In this document: positions 39,783 to 49,843 of the stretch, piece by piece
How the letters are laid out: the number at the start of each line of letters is the position of its first letter
How positions within the stretch are numbered: the first letter of the stretch is position 1
NCBI GenBank assembly: GCA_045863395.1
Contig: BTVJ01000025.1
Location: 31,448 to 95,447 of the forward strand
Reading direction: 5' to 3'
DNA length: 64,000 nucleotides
Source of the DNA: Myxococcales bacterium
GTDB taxonomy: Bacteria > Myxococcota_A > UBA9042 > JABWCM01 > BTVJ01
Program-made: the position numbers and the translations under genes
Notes under the pieces: generated by a model
Seen by the model: the letters and a program-made list of their open reading frames with translations, nothing else
Database searches by the model: none
Told to the model about the DNA's origin: nothing

Positions 39783-42020
39783 TCAGGCGGACCGACGGCG
39801 CCCGACGACTGCGGCAAGCCCCCACAGCAGAAGAAGGAGCGACCCCAGGGGGACGCCGGGTGCTGCGGAGCAGCCGGAGCCAGAGCTCGACGCCTTCGAC
39901 CCTCCAGGTGGCGCCTCCACTCCCTTGGTGCAGCCGCAGGTCGTAATCTCTCCGGGGCTCGGCTTCTTGCAGACCGCGAAGTCGGTGGAGTTCTCATCCG
40001 TGTCGTAGCCCTCGCAGCGTGTCAGCGACTGACCCTGACCCGGCTTCTTCGCAAACTTGCCCTCACCGACGCCAGCGGCCGTGCACGTGGGGAGATCCGC
40101 CCCGTAGACCAGGCTGTCCACGACCTTGGGGCCGTCCGAGGCGGCGAAGACCAGCGCCACCCCGTCCGGGCCATCCTGCAGGTCGGCCTTGGCGTTCAAC
40201 AGGCCCGCCAGGGCGGCGTGAGTGTTGCCGTCCTTGGTGATCACGAAGTAGCCGGAGGCGGGGATCTCCTCGTCGGTCAGCGGGATGGTGGCGTACACGT
40301 CGCACTTCGTGCCGGTGGCGCCGTTGTAGGCAAGCACGGAGAAACACGAGAGGTCCGTGCCAGGCTCCCCCCAGATCTCGATGAACGCATCCACACCCTT
40401 GCTGACCTGGATCTCGCTGATCTTGGGCACCACGGTGGGCAGCTTGCAGGAGCCACCGCCACCTCCTCCTCCGCCACCACCGCACACGTTCGGCCCACCG
40501 GGCGTCGGAGCGGCGACCCCGAGATCCGCCCCGTGCGCCCCCGTGTCTGCCCCGTCCGGGCACCGCGCCACCGCCTGGCTCTTCGCCGCCTTGGGCCCCG
40601 CGCCCTTGTCGAGCCCCGCCTCGGTGCAGGAGCCAATCTCGCCGTTCCACGCGAGCTGGTCTATGATCGCGGTGCCGCTCGTCCCGTTGAAGACGACCCG
40701 GAAGGCGTCGGGGCCGTTCTGGAACGCAAAGCCGTACACCATGTCCGCGCCGGCCAGCTCGTTCTTTGCGATGACCAGGTAGCCGCTCGGGGGAATCGAG
40801 AGACCGCCGAGCCCCAACGTCTTCTCGACCTTGCAGGTCGCCCCGCCGGTGCCGCCGTTGATCTCCAGCAGGGAGTAGCACCGCAGGTCCGTCCCCGGCG
40901 GCCCCTTCAGCTCGACGAAGGCCTCGGTGTCCGGGTCATAGACCACCTCGTTCACCACGATGGCCACATGCGAGTCCCCGCAGGGTGCAGGGCAATTGTT
41001 GGACTCCCCCGGCGTGGGCGGCGTCTCCACCCAGTCCACGGAGTCGTTGCCGCTCGTCCCGCACCTCGACAGGCTGTTGTCTTTGGGCGCCGGAGCGGCG
41101 TGGCCGCTGCCCACCTCGGGGCACGCACCCAGGACCGCGCCGTAGGCGACCCCATCGACCAGCACATCCTCGTCGTCCCCCTTCCAGACGAGCTTCACGG
41201 CGTCCGGGCCGACCTGGAGATCGATCTCGATGACTGCGAACCCGCCAGCGTCCAGGCTCCGACCGGCCAGCGCGTGCACCGTCGGGTCGCACTTGTCGCC
41301 CGCCGTGCCACCGTTGAGCTGCACGAGGGCGTAGCAGCCGAGGTCCGTCCCCGGGTCGCCGACCAGCTCCACGAACTCGACGCCGGACTTCAGCCTCAGC
41401 TCGCTGAGACGCACTGCCCCGACCGGCTCCGCGCCGCAGGAGGCCGGCGCTGGGCAGTCGTTGGGCCCGCCGGGGGTCGGCTTGGCACATACCTGGAAGT
41501 CCTTCCCATTGACGTTCGTGTCCACCCCGTCGGCGCGCCCGATGCTCTTCCCGTTGGCCGGCGCCAGGGCCGGGAGCCCTCCCTCGACCACCGGCGTCTC
41601 GCACGCGTCGAGCGCACCCCCATAGGCCAGCGTGTCGATGTGCGCGCCGGAGGCCGTGTGGACGAGCGTCACGGCGTCGGGACCGTTCTGCAGGTCCGCC
41701 TTTGCCGAGACGAGGTCCGCCGTGTCCGCAGTCGCGATCAGGAAGATCCCGTCCTCCGGGATGGTGGTCCCGGCCGGGATCGCGATGGTCGCGTACACGT
41801 CGCACTTGTCGCCCGCTTCGCCCCCGTTGGTCGCCACCAGAGAGAGGCAGTCGATCAGCGCCCCGGGGGGCCCGACGAGCTCGATGAAGGCCCCCTCCTT
41901 CGGGCCGACCTGCACCTCGTTGATCAGCACGGAGCCCGCTGTGCCGTCCGGGCACTGGGCGGCCACGGGGCGCGCGAGCAGCAGCGCGAGAGCTGCGACG
42001 GTCAGGGAGATCGGCCTCAC
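39783..42020 (-). CDS. Surface protein with four lamin-tail-like domains and a MYXO-CTERM-like anchor
   Basis: Signal peptide; four repeats of (I/V)(N/S)E..F(I/V)E(L/I).G.PG..C..NG..Q.GPD.V.L..D..YG..S..R..PTPG; C-terminus SGCSAAPG-hydrophobic-RRR. Confidence 0.8.
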   Translation of the reverse strand: MRPISLTVAALALLLARPVAAQCPDGTAGSVLINEVQVGPKEGAFIELVGPPGALIDCLSLVATNGGEAGDKCDVYATIAIPAGTTIPEDGIFLIATADTADLVSAKADLQNGPDAVTLVHTASGAHIDTLAYGGALDACETPVVEGGLPALAPANGKSIGRADGVDTNVNGKDFQVCAKPTPGGPNDCPAPASCGAEPVGAVRLSELRLKSGVEFVELVGDPGTDLGCYALVQLNGGTAGDKCDPTVHALAGRSLDAGGFAVIEIDLQVGPDAVKLVWKGDDEDVLVDGVAYGAVLGACPEVGSGHAAPAPKDNSLSRCGTSGNDSVDWVETPPTPGESNNCPAPCGDSHVAIVVNEVVYDPDTEAFVELKGPPGTDLRCYSLLEINGGTGGATCKVEKTLGLGGLSIPPSGYLVIAKNELAGADMVYGFAFQNGPDAFRVVFNGTSGTAIIDQLAWNGEIGSCTEAGLDKGAGPKAAKSQAVARCPDGADTGAHGADLGVAAPTPGGPNVCGGGGGGGGGGSCKLPTVVPKISEIQVSKGVDAFIEIWGEPGTDLSCFSVLAYNGATGTKCDVYATIPLTDEEIPASGYFVITKDGNTHAALAGLLNAKADLQDGPDGVALVFAASDGPKVVDSLVYGADLPTCTAAGVGEGKFAKKPGQGQSLTRCEGYDTDENSTDFAVCKKPSPGEITTCGCTKGVEAPPGGSKASSSGSGCSAAPGVPLGSLLLLLWGLAAVVGRRRSA

Positions 42021-42033
42021 GGGTTCACCTCAC

Positions 42034-44199
42034 TCAGAACTTCACGTCGACGACGCCACGGATGACGTGTTCGGGGTTGCGCTCGGGCGGGGATGCGTCG
42101 AAGAACCACCGCAGGTCGTACCGAACATAGCCCTTCACGTACTTGAGTATGTTGAAATCCACCCTGGCATACCACTCCACCCACTCGTCGCCGCTCTCCT
42201 TGTCGGGGACGCCGTCACCGTCGGTGTCCTCCTCCACGGACTCGATGTCCTCGTTGGCGAGCTTCACGCGGGTCGAGAACCCGAGGAAGGGGACGGGCCT
42301 CACCCCGATGCGCAGCCAGGTGCTGTAGTCGGTCTGGAACTTGTCCTCGTACTTCTTGATGTCCTTCCACGACATCTTGTAGTAGGCGGTGATGGTCGTG
42401 AGCGGGATCGCCCGCAGCGTCGTCTGGAGCCCCCAGTCCACCTTCATTCCCTGGCCGTAGGTGCTCGCCTCGTTGGCGGCGGCGACCGCGGCCTCGTCGG
42501 GCGTCAAGCCCTCGTCCAGGAAGGTCTCGAAGGCGCTGTCGAGGTCGATGTCCGTCGACAGGCCGTAGTCCTGCTCCCGCCCGCCCTCGGTCAGGTCCTT
42601 GTCGTTGTACTTGACCCAGGTGCTCAGCCGCAGCTCCCGGATGGGCTCGAAGTCCTGCCGGGTCGATGCCTCCAGGTCCGTGCGGTCGATGGTCGGGTGG
42701 TTCCAGACGTTGAGCACGGCCTGGGCCTTCCACCACCGGAACGCCTTGGCCACCATCCGAACGCGCCCGCCCACCTCGTCCCGGGCGCGCCGCCCGAGCA
42801 GCTCATCGGGCGCCGCCTCCCCCCGCCCGTGGGGGTTGTCGTAGGTGTCGTCGTAGTAGCGCAGCGCGATCTCCAGGTCCACGGGCTCCAGGTCGAGCAT
42901 GGAGCGCAGCACGGCCCCGTTCCCGCCGTTGTCCGTGCGCGCGTACTCGAAGAAGAGGTCGACGATGCCCGTGCCCCACGCGGCGTCGGCGCCGACGGTC
43001 CAGAACGAGTCGCGGTAGGGGAGGGAGGCCGAGGGCGCCCAGTGGACCTCCCCGTCGCCGAACTGAAAGTGTGTCTTTGCCCAGTACCCCGTCACTCCGA
43101 AGTGCGCCCGCCCACCGAAGCGCGTGGTCCAGTTGCCGCCCACGAGGAGCTCGTCGTAGACGTTGGGGAAGGTCTCGTAGGCGAAGCACCGCCCCTCGCC
43201 ATAGCAGGACTTCTCGCCACCGTCGGCGTCCTCGTCGGAGAAGTAGGTCCGGTTGGGCCGGTAGTCGTACATGTATTGATGGTACCGCCACCAGGAGAAC
43301 AGCGCCGTCACGTCCATCCAGACGTCGTCGGTCAGGTGCATCTCGGTGAGCTGGGCCGCGGCACCGAACAGCCCCTTCCGCGGGTTGAAGTCCACCTTCC
43401 TCGTGTCGATGCTGTCGCTCACGAGATCATCCGAGTACCAGCCATAGGGGCGCCGGCGGGTCGTCGTGTCCAGCACCAGTCGCTCCCCGAAGCCCGCATT
43501 GTAGGACCCGATGATGAACGCCCCCCGCGCCTTGTCCCACAGCTCCGTGTCGAGCCACAGGTAGACCTTGGGCGCGTACTCGTAGGTGTAGGCTGGCGCA
43601 TCCGCGATCATGTACTGCTCGGCGCCCGTGTCCACGAAGCGGGGCTGCCCCGGCGCCTCGTGGACGATGCCCACGTAGCCGAAGCCGACCAGGTCGTCCC
43701 AGCCGTCGAGCCGCAGCCGCAGGTAAGCGACCGGGCCGCCCTCGTCCCCGATGGCCTCGGCCACCTTCACCCGCACGCTCCCGCCGATGGGTGGGGGAGG
43801 CGGCGTGCGCGAGACGACGTAGAGAAAGACGCGGATCTGGGCGAGCACGTCCGAGGGAAGGCCGACGACGTCCTCCAGGTTCGACACGCTGGAGAACCAC
43901 CCCCCACGAGCGGCGCGCGCCTCGATGATCGCGTCGGCCATGGGGTAGGTGATGCCCGGCAGCTCGAAGAGGTCGTCGCGCCCCGCCCGGTTCAGGTCGA
44001 CCTTCTTCTCCATCAGGTCGAGCAGGAGGTCCCGCTCCCCCTCGGTCAGGTCGCCGTTGCTGAACAGGTCGAGGATGTCCTCCTCGGTGTCGACGAGGAT
44101 CGGGACGTCGTAGACCTCGGCGCCAACGGGCCCGGAGAAGAGCGCGACCCCCAGGGCGACCAGGGGCGCGAAGAGCCGTCCAGTGCGATGCAGGCCCAC
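42034..44199 (-). CDS. ComEA-type helix-hairpin-helix domain fused to a putative outer-membrane beta-barrel
   Basis: Signal peptide; KVDLNRAGRDDLFELPGITYPMADAIIEARAARGGWFSSVSNL (HhH); long aromatic-rich beta-stranded region; terminal VVDVKF. GTG start inferred. Confidence 0.75.
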   Translation of the reverse strand: MGLHRTGRLFAPLVALGVALFSGPVGAEVYDVPILVDTEEDILDLFSNGDLTEGERDLLLDLMEKKVDLNRAGRDDLFELPGITYPMADAIIEARAARGGWFSSVSNLEDVVGLPSDVLAQIRVFLYVVSRTPPPPPIGGSVRVKVAEAIGDEGGPVAYLRLRLDGWDDLVGFGYVGIVHEAPGQPRFVDTGAEQYMIADAPAYTYEYAPKVYLWLDTELWDKARGAFIIGSYNAGFGERLVLDTTTRRRPYGWYSDDLVSDSIDTRKVDFNPRKGLFGAAAQLTEMHLTDDVWMDVTALFSWWRYHQYMYDYRPNRTYFSDEDADGGEKSCYGEGRCFAYETFPNVYDELLVGGNWTTRFGGRAHFGVTGYWAKTHFQFGDGEVHWAPSASLPYRDSFWTVGADAAWGTGIVDLFFEYARTDNGGNGAVLRSMLDLEPVDLEIALRYYDDTYDNPHGRGEAAPDELLGRRARDEVGGRVRMVAKAFRWWKAQAVLNVWNHPTIDRTDLEASTRQDFEPIRELRLSTWVKYNDKDLTEGGREQDYGLSTDIDLDSAFETFLDEGLTPDEAAVAAANEASTYGQGMKVDWGLQTTLRAIPLTTITAYYKMSWKDIKKYEDKFQTDYSTWLRIGVRPVPFLGFSTRVKLANEDIESVEEDTDGDGVPDKESGDEWVEWYARVDFNILKYVKGYVRYDLRWFFDASPPERNPEHVIRGVVDVKF

Positions 44200-44200
44200 C

Positions 44201-44719
44201 CTACTGCCCCTCGTTCCACACGCGCTGGAACTCGACGCTGTACTGGCCCGCCAGCTCCGGGGAGCGCAGCACGAGCAGGTTCTCATCGTTGTTCCAGTTG
44301 GCGTTGTTGGTGAAGTTGAACGACCCCGTGGCGACGGTCTCGCCGTCGATGATCACGAACTTGTGGTGCATGGTCGCGGAGTTTCCGTCCTCGCGCACGT
44401 AGACGCCCCCACCCTTCAGCAGCGCGATGTTGGAGGCCATCGCCGCGATGGACCCGTGCTGCTGCTGCTCGTAGAGCACCCACACCTGCACGCCTCGGCC
44501 CACGGCGTCGATCATCGCCTGGGCGATCTCCGGGTCCGTGAACGAGTAGATGGCGCACTCGACCGTGCTGCCAGCCCCTTCGATGAGGCCAGTGACCACC
44601 TCGGAGCAGGTGCCGTGAGGCTCCGAACAGAAGTACACGTCGGGCGCGGCGACGTCGTCGGCGCAGGCAGAGAGGAACAGCGGCGCGAGGAGCGCCCCCA
44701 TGGCGCGTTTCAGAGTCAT
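44201..44719 (-). CDS. Phospholipase D-superfamily (Nuc-like) single-HKD lipoprotein, probable nuclease
   Basis: FLSAC lipobox; AIYSFT..IAQAMIDAVGRGVQV; MHHKFVIIDGETVATGSFNFT..NDEN. Confidence 0.85.
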   Translation of the reverse strand: MTLKRAMGALLAPLFLSACADDVAAPDVYFCSEPHGTCSEVVTGLIEGAGSTVECAIYSFTDPEIAQAMIDAVGRGVQVWVLYEQQQHGSIAAMASNIALLKGGGVYVREDGNSATMHHKFVIIDGETVATGSFNFTNNANWNNDENLLVLRSPELAGQYSVEFQRVWNEGQ

Positions 44720-44811
44720 GGGCGCGGATTGTAGCAGCGCCCTGCGCGCATGCGCCAGCCACAAAGCGGCAACGGGACGGCGCGGTGACGATCACCGGAG
44801 CCGTGCGGGGG

Positions 44812-45882
44812 TCAGTTCATGGCGGCTTTGAGGGCCTCCGCCTGGAACCAGCCAGCCACGGCGTCCAGGACGGCGGCGAGCTCCTCCCCCTCCACGATGC
44901 GATCGAGCTTGTACAAGGTCAGATCGATGCGGTGATCGGTCAGGCGGTTCTGAGGGAAGTTGTAGGTCCGGATCCGCTCGCTGCGGTCCCCGGAGCCCAC
45001 CTGGCTCTTGCGGTCGGCCGCGCGCTCCGAGTCCACGCGCTCGGTCTCCATCTCCAAGAGCCGCGCGCGCAGCACCTTCAAGGCCTTCGCCTTGTTCTTG
45101 TGCTGGCTGCGCTCGTCCTGGCACGTGACGACGAGGTTGGTCGGCAGGTGGGTGATGCGGATCGCCGAGTCGGTCGTGTTGACGTGCTGCCCACCCGCCC
45201 CGGACGAGCGGTAGATGTCGATGCGCAGGTCCTTGTCCTCGATGTGGACGTCGACCTCCTCCGCCTCCGGCAGCACCGCGACCGTGCAGGCGCTCGTGTG
45301 GATGCGCCCCTGAGCCTCCGTGGCCGGGACCCGCTGCACCCGGTGGACGCCACTCTCGTACTTGAGGCGGCTGTAGACACGGTCGCCCTCGATGCTGGCG
45401 ATGACCTCCTTGTAGCCACCGACGGTGCCCGGGCTGTCGCTCATGACCTCGACGCGCCAGCGCTGGGACTCCGCAAACCGCGAGTACATGCGGAACAGGT
45501 CGGCGGCGAACAGGGCAGCCTCGTCGCCGCCCGTCCCGGCGCGGATCTCGAGGATCACGTTGCGGTCGTCGCGCGGATCACCGGGCAGGAGCAGGACGCG
45601 GATGCGCTGCTCCAGCTCCTCGGCCTTCTGGCGCAGCGCCGGGAGCTCGTCACGGGCCATGGCCCGCATGTCCGGGTCATCGTCGTGGGAGAGCTGCTCG
45701 TTGCCCGCGATGTCCGCCAGGAGCCGCGTGTACTCGCGGTAGGCCTCGACGGTCGGCTCCAGCCGCGCCCGCTCCTTGGAGGCGCTCATGAAGCGCTCCC
45801 GGTCGGCAAGCACGCCAGGATCGGAGAGCTGGTCGGTCAGCGCCTCGAAGCGCTCGACGACCTCTTCCAGCTTGTGGAACAT
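44812..45882 (-). CDS. prfA: Peptide chain release factor 1
   Basis: [19 protein letters not shown] (PxT motif), GAGGQHVN and RTYNFPQNR. Confidence 0.97.
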   Translation of the reverse strand: MFHKLEEVVERFEALTDQLSDPGVLADRERFMSASKERARLEPTVEAYREYTRLLADIAGNEQLSHDDDPDMRAMARDELPALRQKAEELEQRIRVLLLPGDPRDDRNVILEIRAGTGGDEAALFAADLFRMYSRFAESQRWRVEVMSDSPGTVGGYKEVIASIEGDRVYSRLKYESGVHRVQRVPATEAQGRIHTSACTVAVLPEAEEVDVHIEDKDLRIDIYRSSGAGGQHVNTTDSAIRITHLPTNLVVTCQDERSQHKNKAKALKVLRARLLEMETERVDSERAADRKSQVGSGDRSERIRTYNFPQNRLTDHRIDLTLYKLDRIVEGEELAAVLDAVAGWFQAEALKAAMN

Positions 45883-46022
45883 CAGGACCCCACAGAGGGC
45901 TCGGGACGTGTACCACGGGCGAGATCATGGGCGCAGGCACCCGACCAACGCCGGGACCGCCCGGTCCGCTGGAGGCGAAGCGGGCGCGCCGGGGAGACGT
46001 GCCGAAGCGTCCGGGTCGGCGC

Positions 46023-46241
46023 CTACGCCTTGCCCCCAACGTTGATGTTGGCGTACTTGCGATTGAACCGCTCGACCCGCCCTGCCGTGTCGAGCAGCTT
46101 CTGCTTTCCGGTGTAGAAGGGGTGGCAGTTGGCGCAGATCTCCACGAAGAAGCTGCCCCTCGTGCTGCGCGTCTCGTAGGTCGCCCCGCAGGCGCAGCTG
46201 ATGGTCGCCTGCTTGTAGTCGGGGTGGATACCCTCTTTCAT
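46023..46241 (-). CDS. rpmE: 50S ribosomal protein L31 (Zn-binding type)
   Basis: [34 protein letters not shown]. Confidence 0.97.
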   Translation of the reverse strand: MKEGIHPDYKQATISCACGATYETRSTRGSFFVEICANCHPFYTGKQKLLDTAGRVERFNRKYANINVGGKA

Positions 46242-46345
46242 GTCCTGTCTCCTCTGGTCGCCACGGGTGCAGCCCGACGCAAGGCGCGGGGCCAGGGCTT
46301 TTACCCGACCGCCGCGCTTCGCGCAAGGGGAAAAGCCTGAGCCGT

Positions 46346-47593
46346 CTAGCCGCTCATGGAGTTGAGGAAGTCCCGGTTGGACTCGGTCTTGCCGAGCTTG
46401 TCGAGCAGGAACTCCATGGAGTCGATCACGTTCAGCGGGTGCAGGAGCTGGCGCAGGATCCACATGCGGTTGAGCGTGACGGGATCCAGCAGCAGCTCCT
46501 CCTTGCGGGTGCCGCTCTTGTTGATGTCGAGGCACGGGAAGATGCGCTTCTCCATCAGCTTGCGGTCAAGGTGGAGCTCGCAGTTGCCGGTGCCCTTGAA
46601 CTCCTCGAAGATCACCTCATCCATGCGGCTGCCGGTGTCGACCAGCGCCGTCCCGATGATGGTGAGGCTGCCGCCGTCCTCGATGTTGCGGGCCGCGCCG
46701 AAGAAGCGCTTGGGCTTGTGCAGGGCGTTGGAGTCCACACCACCGGAGAGGATCTTGCCCGACGGCGGCACCACCGTGTTGTAGGCGCGGGCGAGGCGCG
46801 TGATGGAGTCGAGCAGGATCACCACGTCGCGCTTGTGCTCGACGAGGCGCTTCGCCTTCTCGATGACCATCTCCGCCACCTGGACGTGGCGCTGGGCCGG
46901 CTCGTCGAAGGTCGAGCTGATCACCTCGCCGCGGACGCTGCGCTCCATGTCGGTCACCTCCTCGGGCCGCTCGTCGATCAGCAGCACGATGAGGTAGACC
47001 TCCTTGTGGTTGGACGCGATGGCGTTGGCCAGGTCCTGGAGCAGCACCGTCTTGCCGGTGCGCGGCGGCGCCACGATCAGCGAGCGCTGACCCTTCCCCT
47101 GCGGGCAGAGCAGGTCGATGATGCGCGTCGAGAAGTTGCGCGACTCGAACTCCAGGTTGAGCTTCTCGTTGGGGTACAGCGGTGTCAGGTTGTCGAAGAG
47201 CACCTTGTTGCGGCAGGCCTCGGGCTCCTCGAAGTTGACCGCCTCCACCTTGAGCAGCGCGAAGTAGCGCTCGCTGTCCTTCGGCGGGCGGATCTGGCCG
47301 CTCACCGTGTCGCCCGTGCGCAGGTTGAACCGGCGGATCTGGGACGGGGAGACGTAGATGTCGTCCGAGCCCGGGAAGTAGTTGTAGTCCGGCGCCCGGA
47401 GGAAGCCGAAGCCGTCCGGCAGCACCTGGAGCACGCCCTCCCCGTAGATCAGGCCGTTCTTCTCAGTCTGCGCCTGCAGGATGGCGAAGATGAGCTCGTG
47501 CTTGCGCAGACCCCGGGCGCCCTCGACGCCCAGATCCTTCGCGAGCTGCACGAGATCGCTGATCTTCTTGTCCTTCAGATCCTTCAAGTTCAT
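46346..47593 (-). CDS. rho: Transcription termination factor Rho
   Basis: [45 protein letters not shown] and [20 protein letters not shown]. Confidence 0.98.
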   Translation of the reverse strand: MNLKDLKDKKISDLVQLAKDLGVEGARGLRKHELIFAILQAQTEKNGLIYGEGVLQVLPDGFGFLRAPDYNYFPGSDDIYVSPSQIRRFNLRTGDTVSGQIRPPKDSERYFALLKVEAVNFEEPEACRNKVLFDNLTPLYPNEKLNLEFESRNFSTRIIDLLCPQGKGQRSLIVAPPRTGKTVLLQDLANAIASNHKEVYLIVLLIDERPEEVTDMERSVRGEVISSTFDEPAQRHVQVAEMVIEKAKRLVEHKRDVVILLDSITRLARAYNTVVPPSGKILSGGVDSNALHKPKRFFGAARNIEDGGSLTIIGTALVDTGSRMDEVIFEEFKGTGNCELHLDRKLMEKRIFPCLDINKSGTRKEELLLDPVTLNRMWILRQLLHPLNVIDSMEFLLDKLGKTESNRDFLNSMSG

Positions 47594-47906
47594 TCGCTGG
47601 GTTCTCCTTGCGGGGGCTCCGCCCGCGCGTGTGGGCGACCTGAGTGGCGGTGCTGGGGGGTTTTTCGTCTCGCTGCGGGTGCCGGGCGCGGTGCCCTGCC
47701 CCATTGATTCCGCTGGTATTGAGCGTTGTTCAGAGCCGGATAGGGTTCATCGGAGGTTGCAGTGGAACAGCACGTGGGAAGCTGGGGCGCTGTCACGCCG
47801 CCATGAGTTCTGCGGATGTTCGAGGTGAACCTCGGGCCGCCGCCTGGCCCAGTGAGAACGATCTCGACGAACACGGGGATGCGCGCCCTGGGCGAGCACG
47901 ACGGCC

Positions 47907-47935
47907 ACCTTAGCGCCAGGTGGCGGGGATGTCAA
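47907..47935 (-). promoter_or_regulatory. Putative sigma70 promoter of rho
   Basis: On the minus strand, TTGACA-N17-TAAGGT, about 310 nt upstream of the rho ATG. Confidence 0.6.
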
Positions 47936-47970
47936 CCACCTTGCAGGCGTCACAGGAGGGCCCATCCACC

Positions 47971-49443
47971 TCACGCACGGGCGACGGCGCTGGCCCAGCG
48001 GTCGCGCATTGCCCTGACCTCGGCGGGGAGCATCGCCGGCAGGAAGCGACGGTCCTCGCGCCATACGGCCCGGATCTCTTCCAGGCTGCTCCACACACCC
48101 GCACCGAGCCCCGCGAGGAAGACGGCGCCCATGGCCGTGGTCTCCGTGTTGCGCGGGCGCACGACCTCCACCCCCGACAAGTCCGCCTGGAGCTGCATCA
48201 GCAGGTCGTTGCTGCACGCGCCGCCATCCACCTTGATCACGGCGGTCGGCTCGCCCCGGTCCCGGGCCATGGCGTCGAGCAGATCGCAGTTCTGGAGCGC
48301 GATGCCGTCGAGGCAGGCCCGCGCGATGTGCGCCGCCGTGGAGCCGCGTGTCAGCCCCAGGATCGCGCCGCGGGCACCCTCCCGCCAGTGGGGCGCGCCG
48401 AGGCCGACGAAGGCGGGCACGAACACCACCTCGCCGCTGTCGGGCACCCGCCTCGCGAGCTCCTCGATCTCTGGCGCCGACCGAATGACGCCGAGCCCGT
48501 CGCGCAGCCACTGCACGGCAGCCCCCGCGATGAAGGCGCTGCCCTCCAGCGCGTAGGTGGTCACGTCGCCCAGCCGCCACGCCACGGTGGTCAGGACGTC
48601 CTGGGAGGGCACCGGGGTCGGGCCCGTGTTGACGAGCATGAAGCAGCCGGTGCCATAGGTCAGCTTCGCCTCGCCCGGCTCGAAGCACGCCTGCCCGAAG
48701 AGCGCGGCCTGCTGGTCCCCGGCCATCCCCGCCACGGGGATCCCCGCGGGCAAGACCCGGTTCCCGACCGTGTGGCCATAGACCTCCGCCGAGCCGCGGA
48801 TCGCTGGCAGCACCGCACGGGGCACACCGAGCAGGTCCAGCATGCGGTCGTCCCAGTCGAGGGACGACAGGCCCATCAGCATGGTGCGGCTGGCGTTGGA
48901 CACGTCGGTGACGTGCACACCCCCTGTCAGCCGCCACACCAGGAAGGAGTCGATGGTGCCGAAGGCGAGCTCGCCGGCCAGGGCGCGCGCCTCCACCCCC
49001 GGCTGGTCCAGCATCCAGCGGACCTTCGTGCCGCTGAAGTAGGCGTCGACGACCAGCCCGGTGCGCTCGCGCACCAGCGGCCCGTGGCCGGCGGCGCGCA
49101 GCGAAGCACAGCGGTCCGCAGTCCGCCTGCACTGCCAGACGATGGCGTTGTGGACGGCGCGCCCGGAGCCCCGCTCCCACAGCACGCTGGTCTCCCGCTG
49201 GTTGGTGATGCCGATCCCCGCGACGAGGCCCGGGTCGACCCCGCTCTCTCCGAGGACCCGCCCGATGGTGCCGAGCACCGACTCCCAGATGTCCTCCGGG
49301 TCGTGCTCCACCCAACCGGGCCGCGGAAAGATCTGCGGGAACTCGCTGGTGGAGCGCCCCACGACGTTCATGGCGTCATCGACGAGCAGCACCGTGGTGC
49401 CCGTCGTCCCCTGGTCGATGGCCAGGATGTACCGCTTTTGCAT
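47971..49443 (-). CDS. glpK: Glycerol kinase
   Basis: LAIDQGTTGT, GITNQRET, YFSGTK, TDVSNASRT, GDQQAALFGQ and YALEGS. Confidence 0.96.
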   Translation of the reverse strand: MQKRYILAIDQGTTGTTVLLVDDAMNVVGRSTSEFPQIFPRPGWVEHDPEDIWESVLGTIGRVLGESGVDPGLVAGIGITNQRETSVLWERGSGRAVHNAIVWQCRRTADRCASLRAAGHGPLVRERTGLVVDAYFSGTKVRWMLDQPGVEARALAGELAFGTIDSFLVWRLTGGVHVTDVSNASRTMLMGLSSLDWDDRMLDLLGVPRAVLPAIRGSAEVYGHTVGNRVLPAGIPVAGMAGDQQAALFGQACFEPGEAKLTYGTGCFMLVNTGPTPVPSQDVLTTVAWRLGDVTTYALEGSAFIAGAAVQWLRDGLGVIRSAPEIEELARRVPDSGEVVFVPAFVGLGAPHWREGARGAILGLTRGSTAAHIARACLDGIALQNCDLLDAMARDRGEPTAVIKVDGGACSNDLLMQLQADLSGVEVVRPRNTETTAMGAVFLAGLGAGVWSSLEEIRAVWREDRRFLPAMLPAEVRAMRDRWASAVARA

Positions 49444-49544
49444 GTCTGCTACTCCCTGCACAGCCTCGCGACAGGGCGACAGATCCACAAGCGCCCCTTC
49501 CCGTCAACCCCCTCCCCTGCTACGCTGCGGCCACGGAGGCCCCC

Positions 49545-49841
49545 ATGAACGACCCCAAGCAGAGCGTCACCATCGCCATCCAGCTCGAGGACGAGACGGC
49601 CCAGGGCGCCTACGCGAACCTGGTGCTGATCAACCACACGGAGACCGAGTTCGTGCTCGACTTCGCCTTCGTGCAGCCCCAGCAGCCCAAGGCCAAGGTG
49701 CGCTCGCGCGTCGTCCTGTCCCCGAAGCAGGCGTCGCGCCTCATCGCCGCGCTCACTGAGAACGTGGGCCGCTACGAGAAGAAGTTCGGCCCCATCGGCC
49801 CCGTGGGCACGCCGGACCCATCCACGACCCTCGTCCACTGA
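49545..49841 (+). CDS. DUF3467-like protein
   Basis: AQGAYANLVLINHTETEFVLDF..RVVLSP..L..NVGRYEKKFGPI. Confidence 0.75.
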   Translation: MNDPKQSVTIAIQLEDETAQGAYANLVLINHTETEFVLDFAFVQPQQPKAKVRSRVVLSPKQASRLIAALTENVGRYEKKFGPIGPVGTPDPSTTLVH

Positions 49842-49843
49842 CC

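Noticed and set aside
44201..44719. PLD protein as an anti-phage defence nuclease
   Set aside because: It has a lipoprotein signal and envelope-protein neighbours, with no helicase, methylase or other defence genes.
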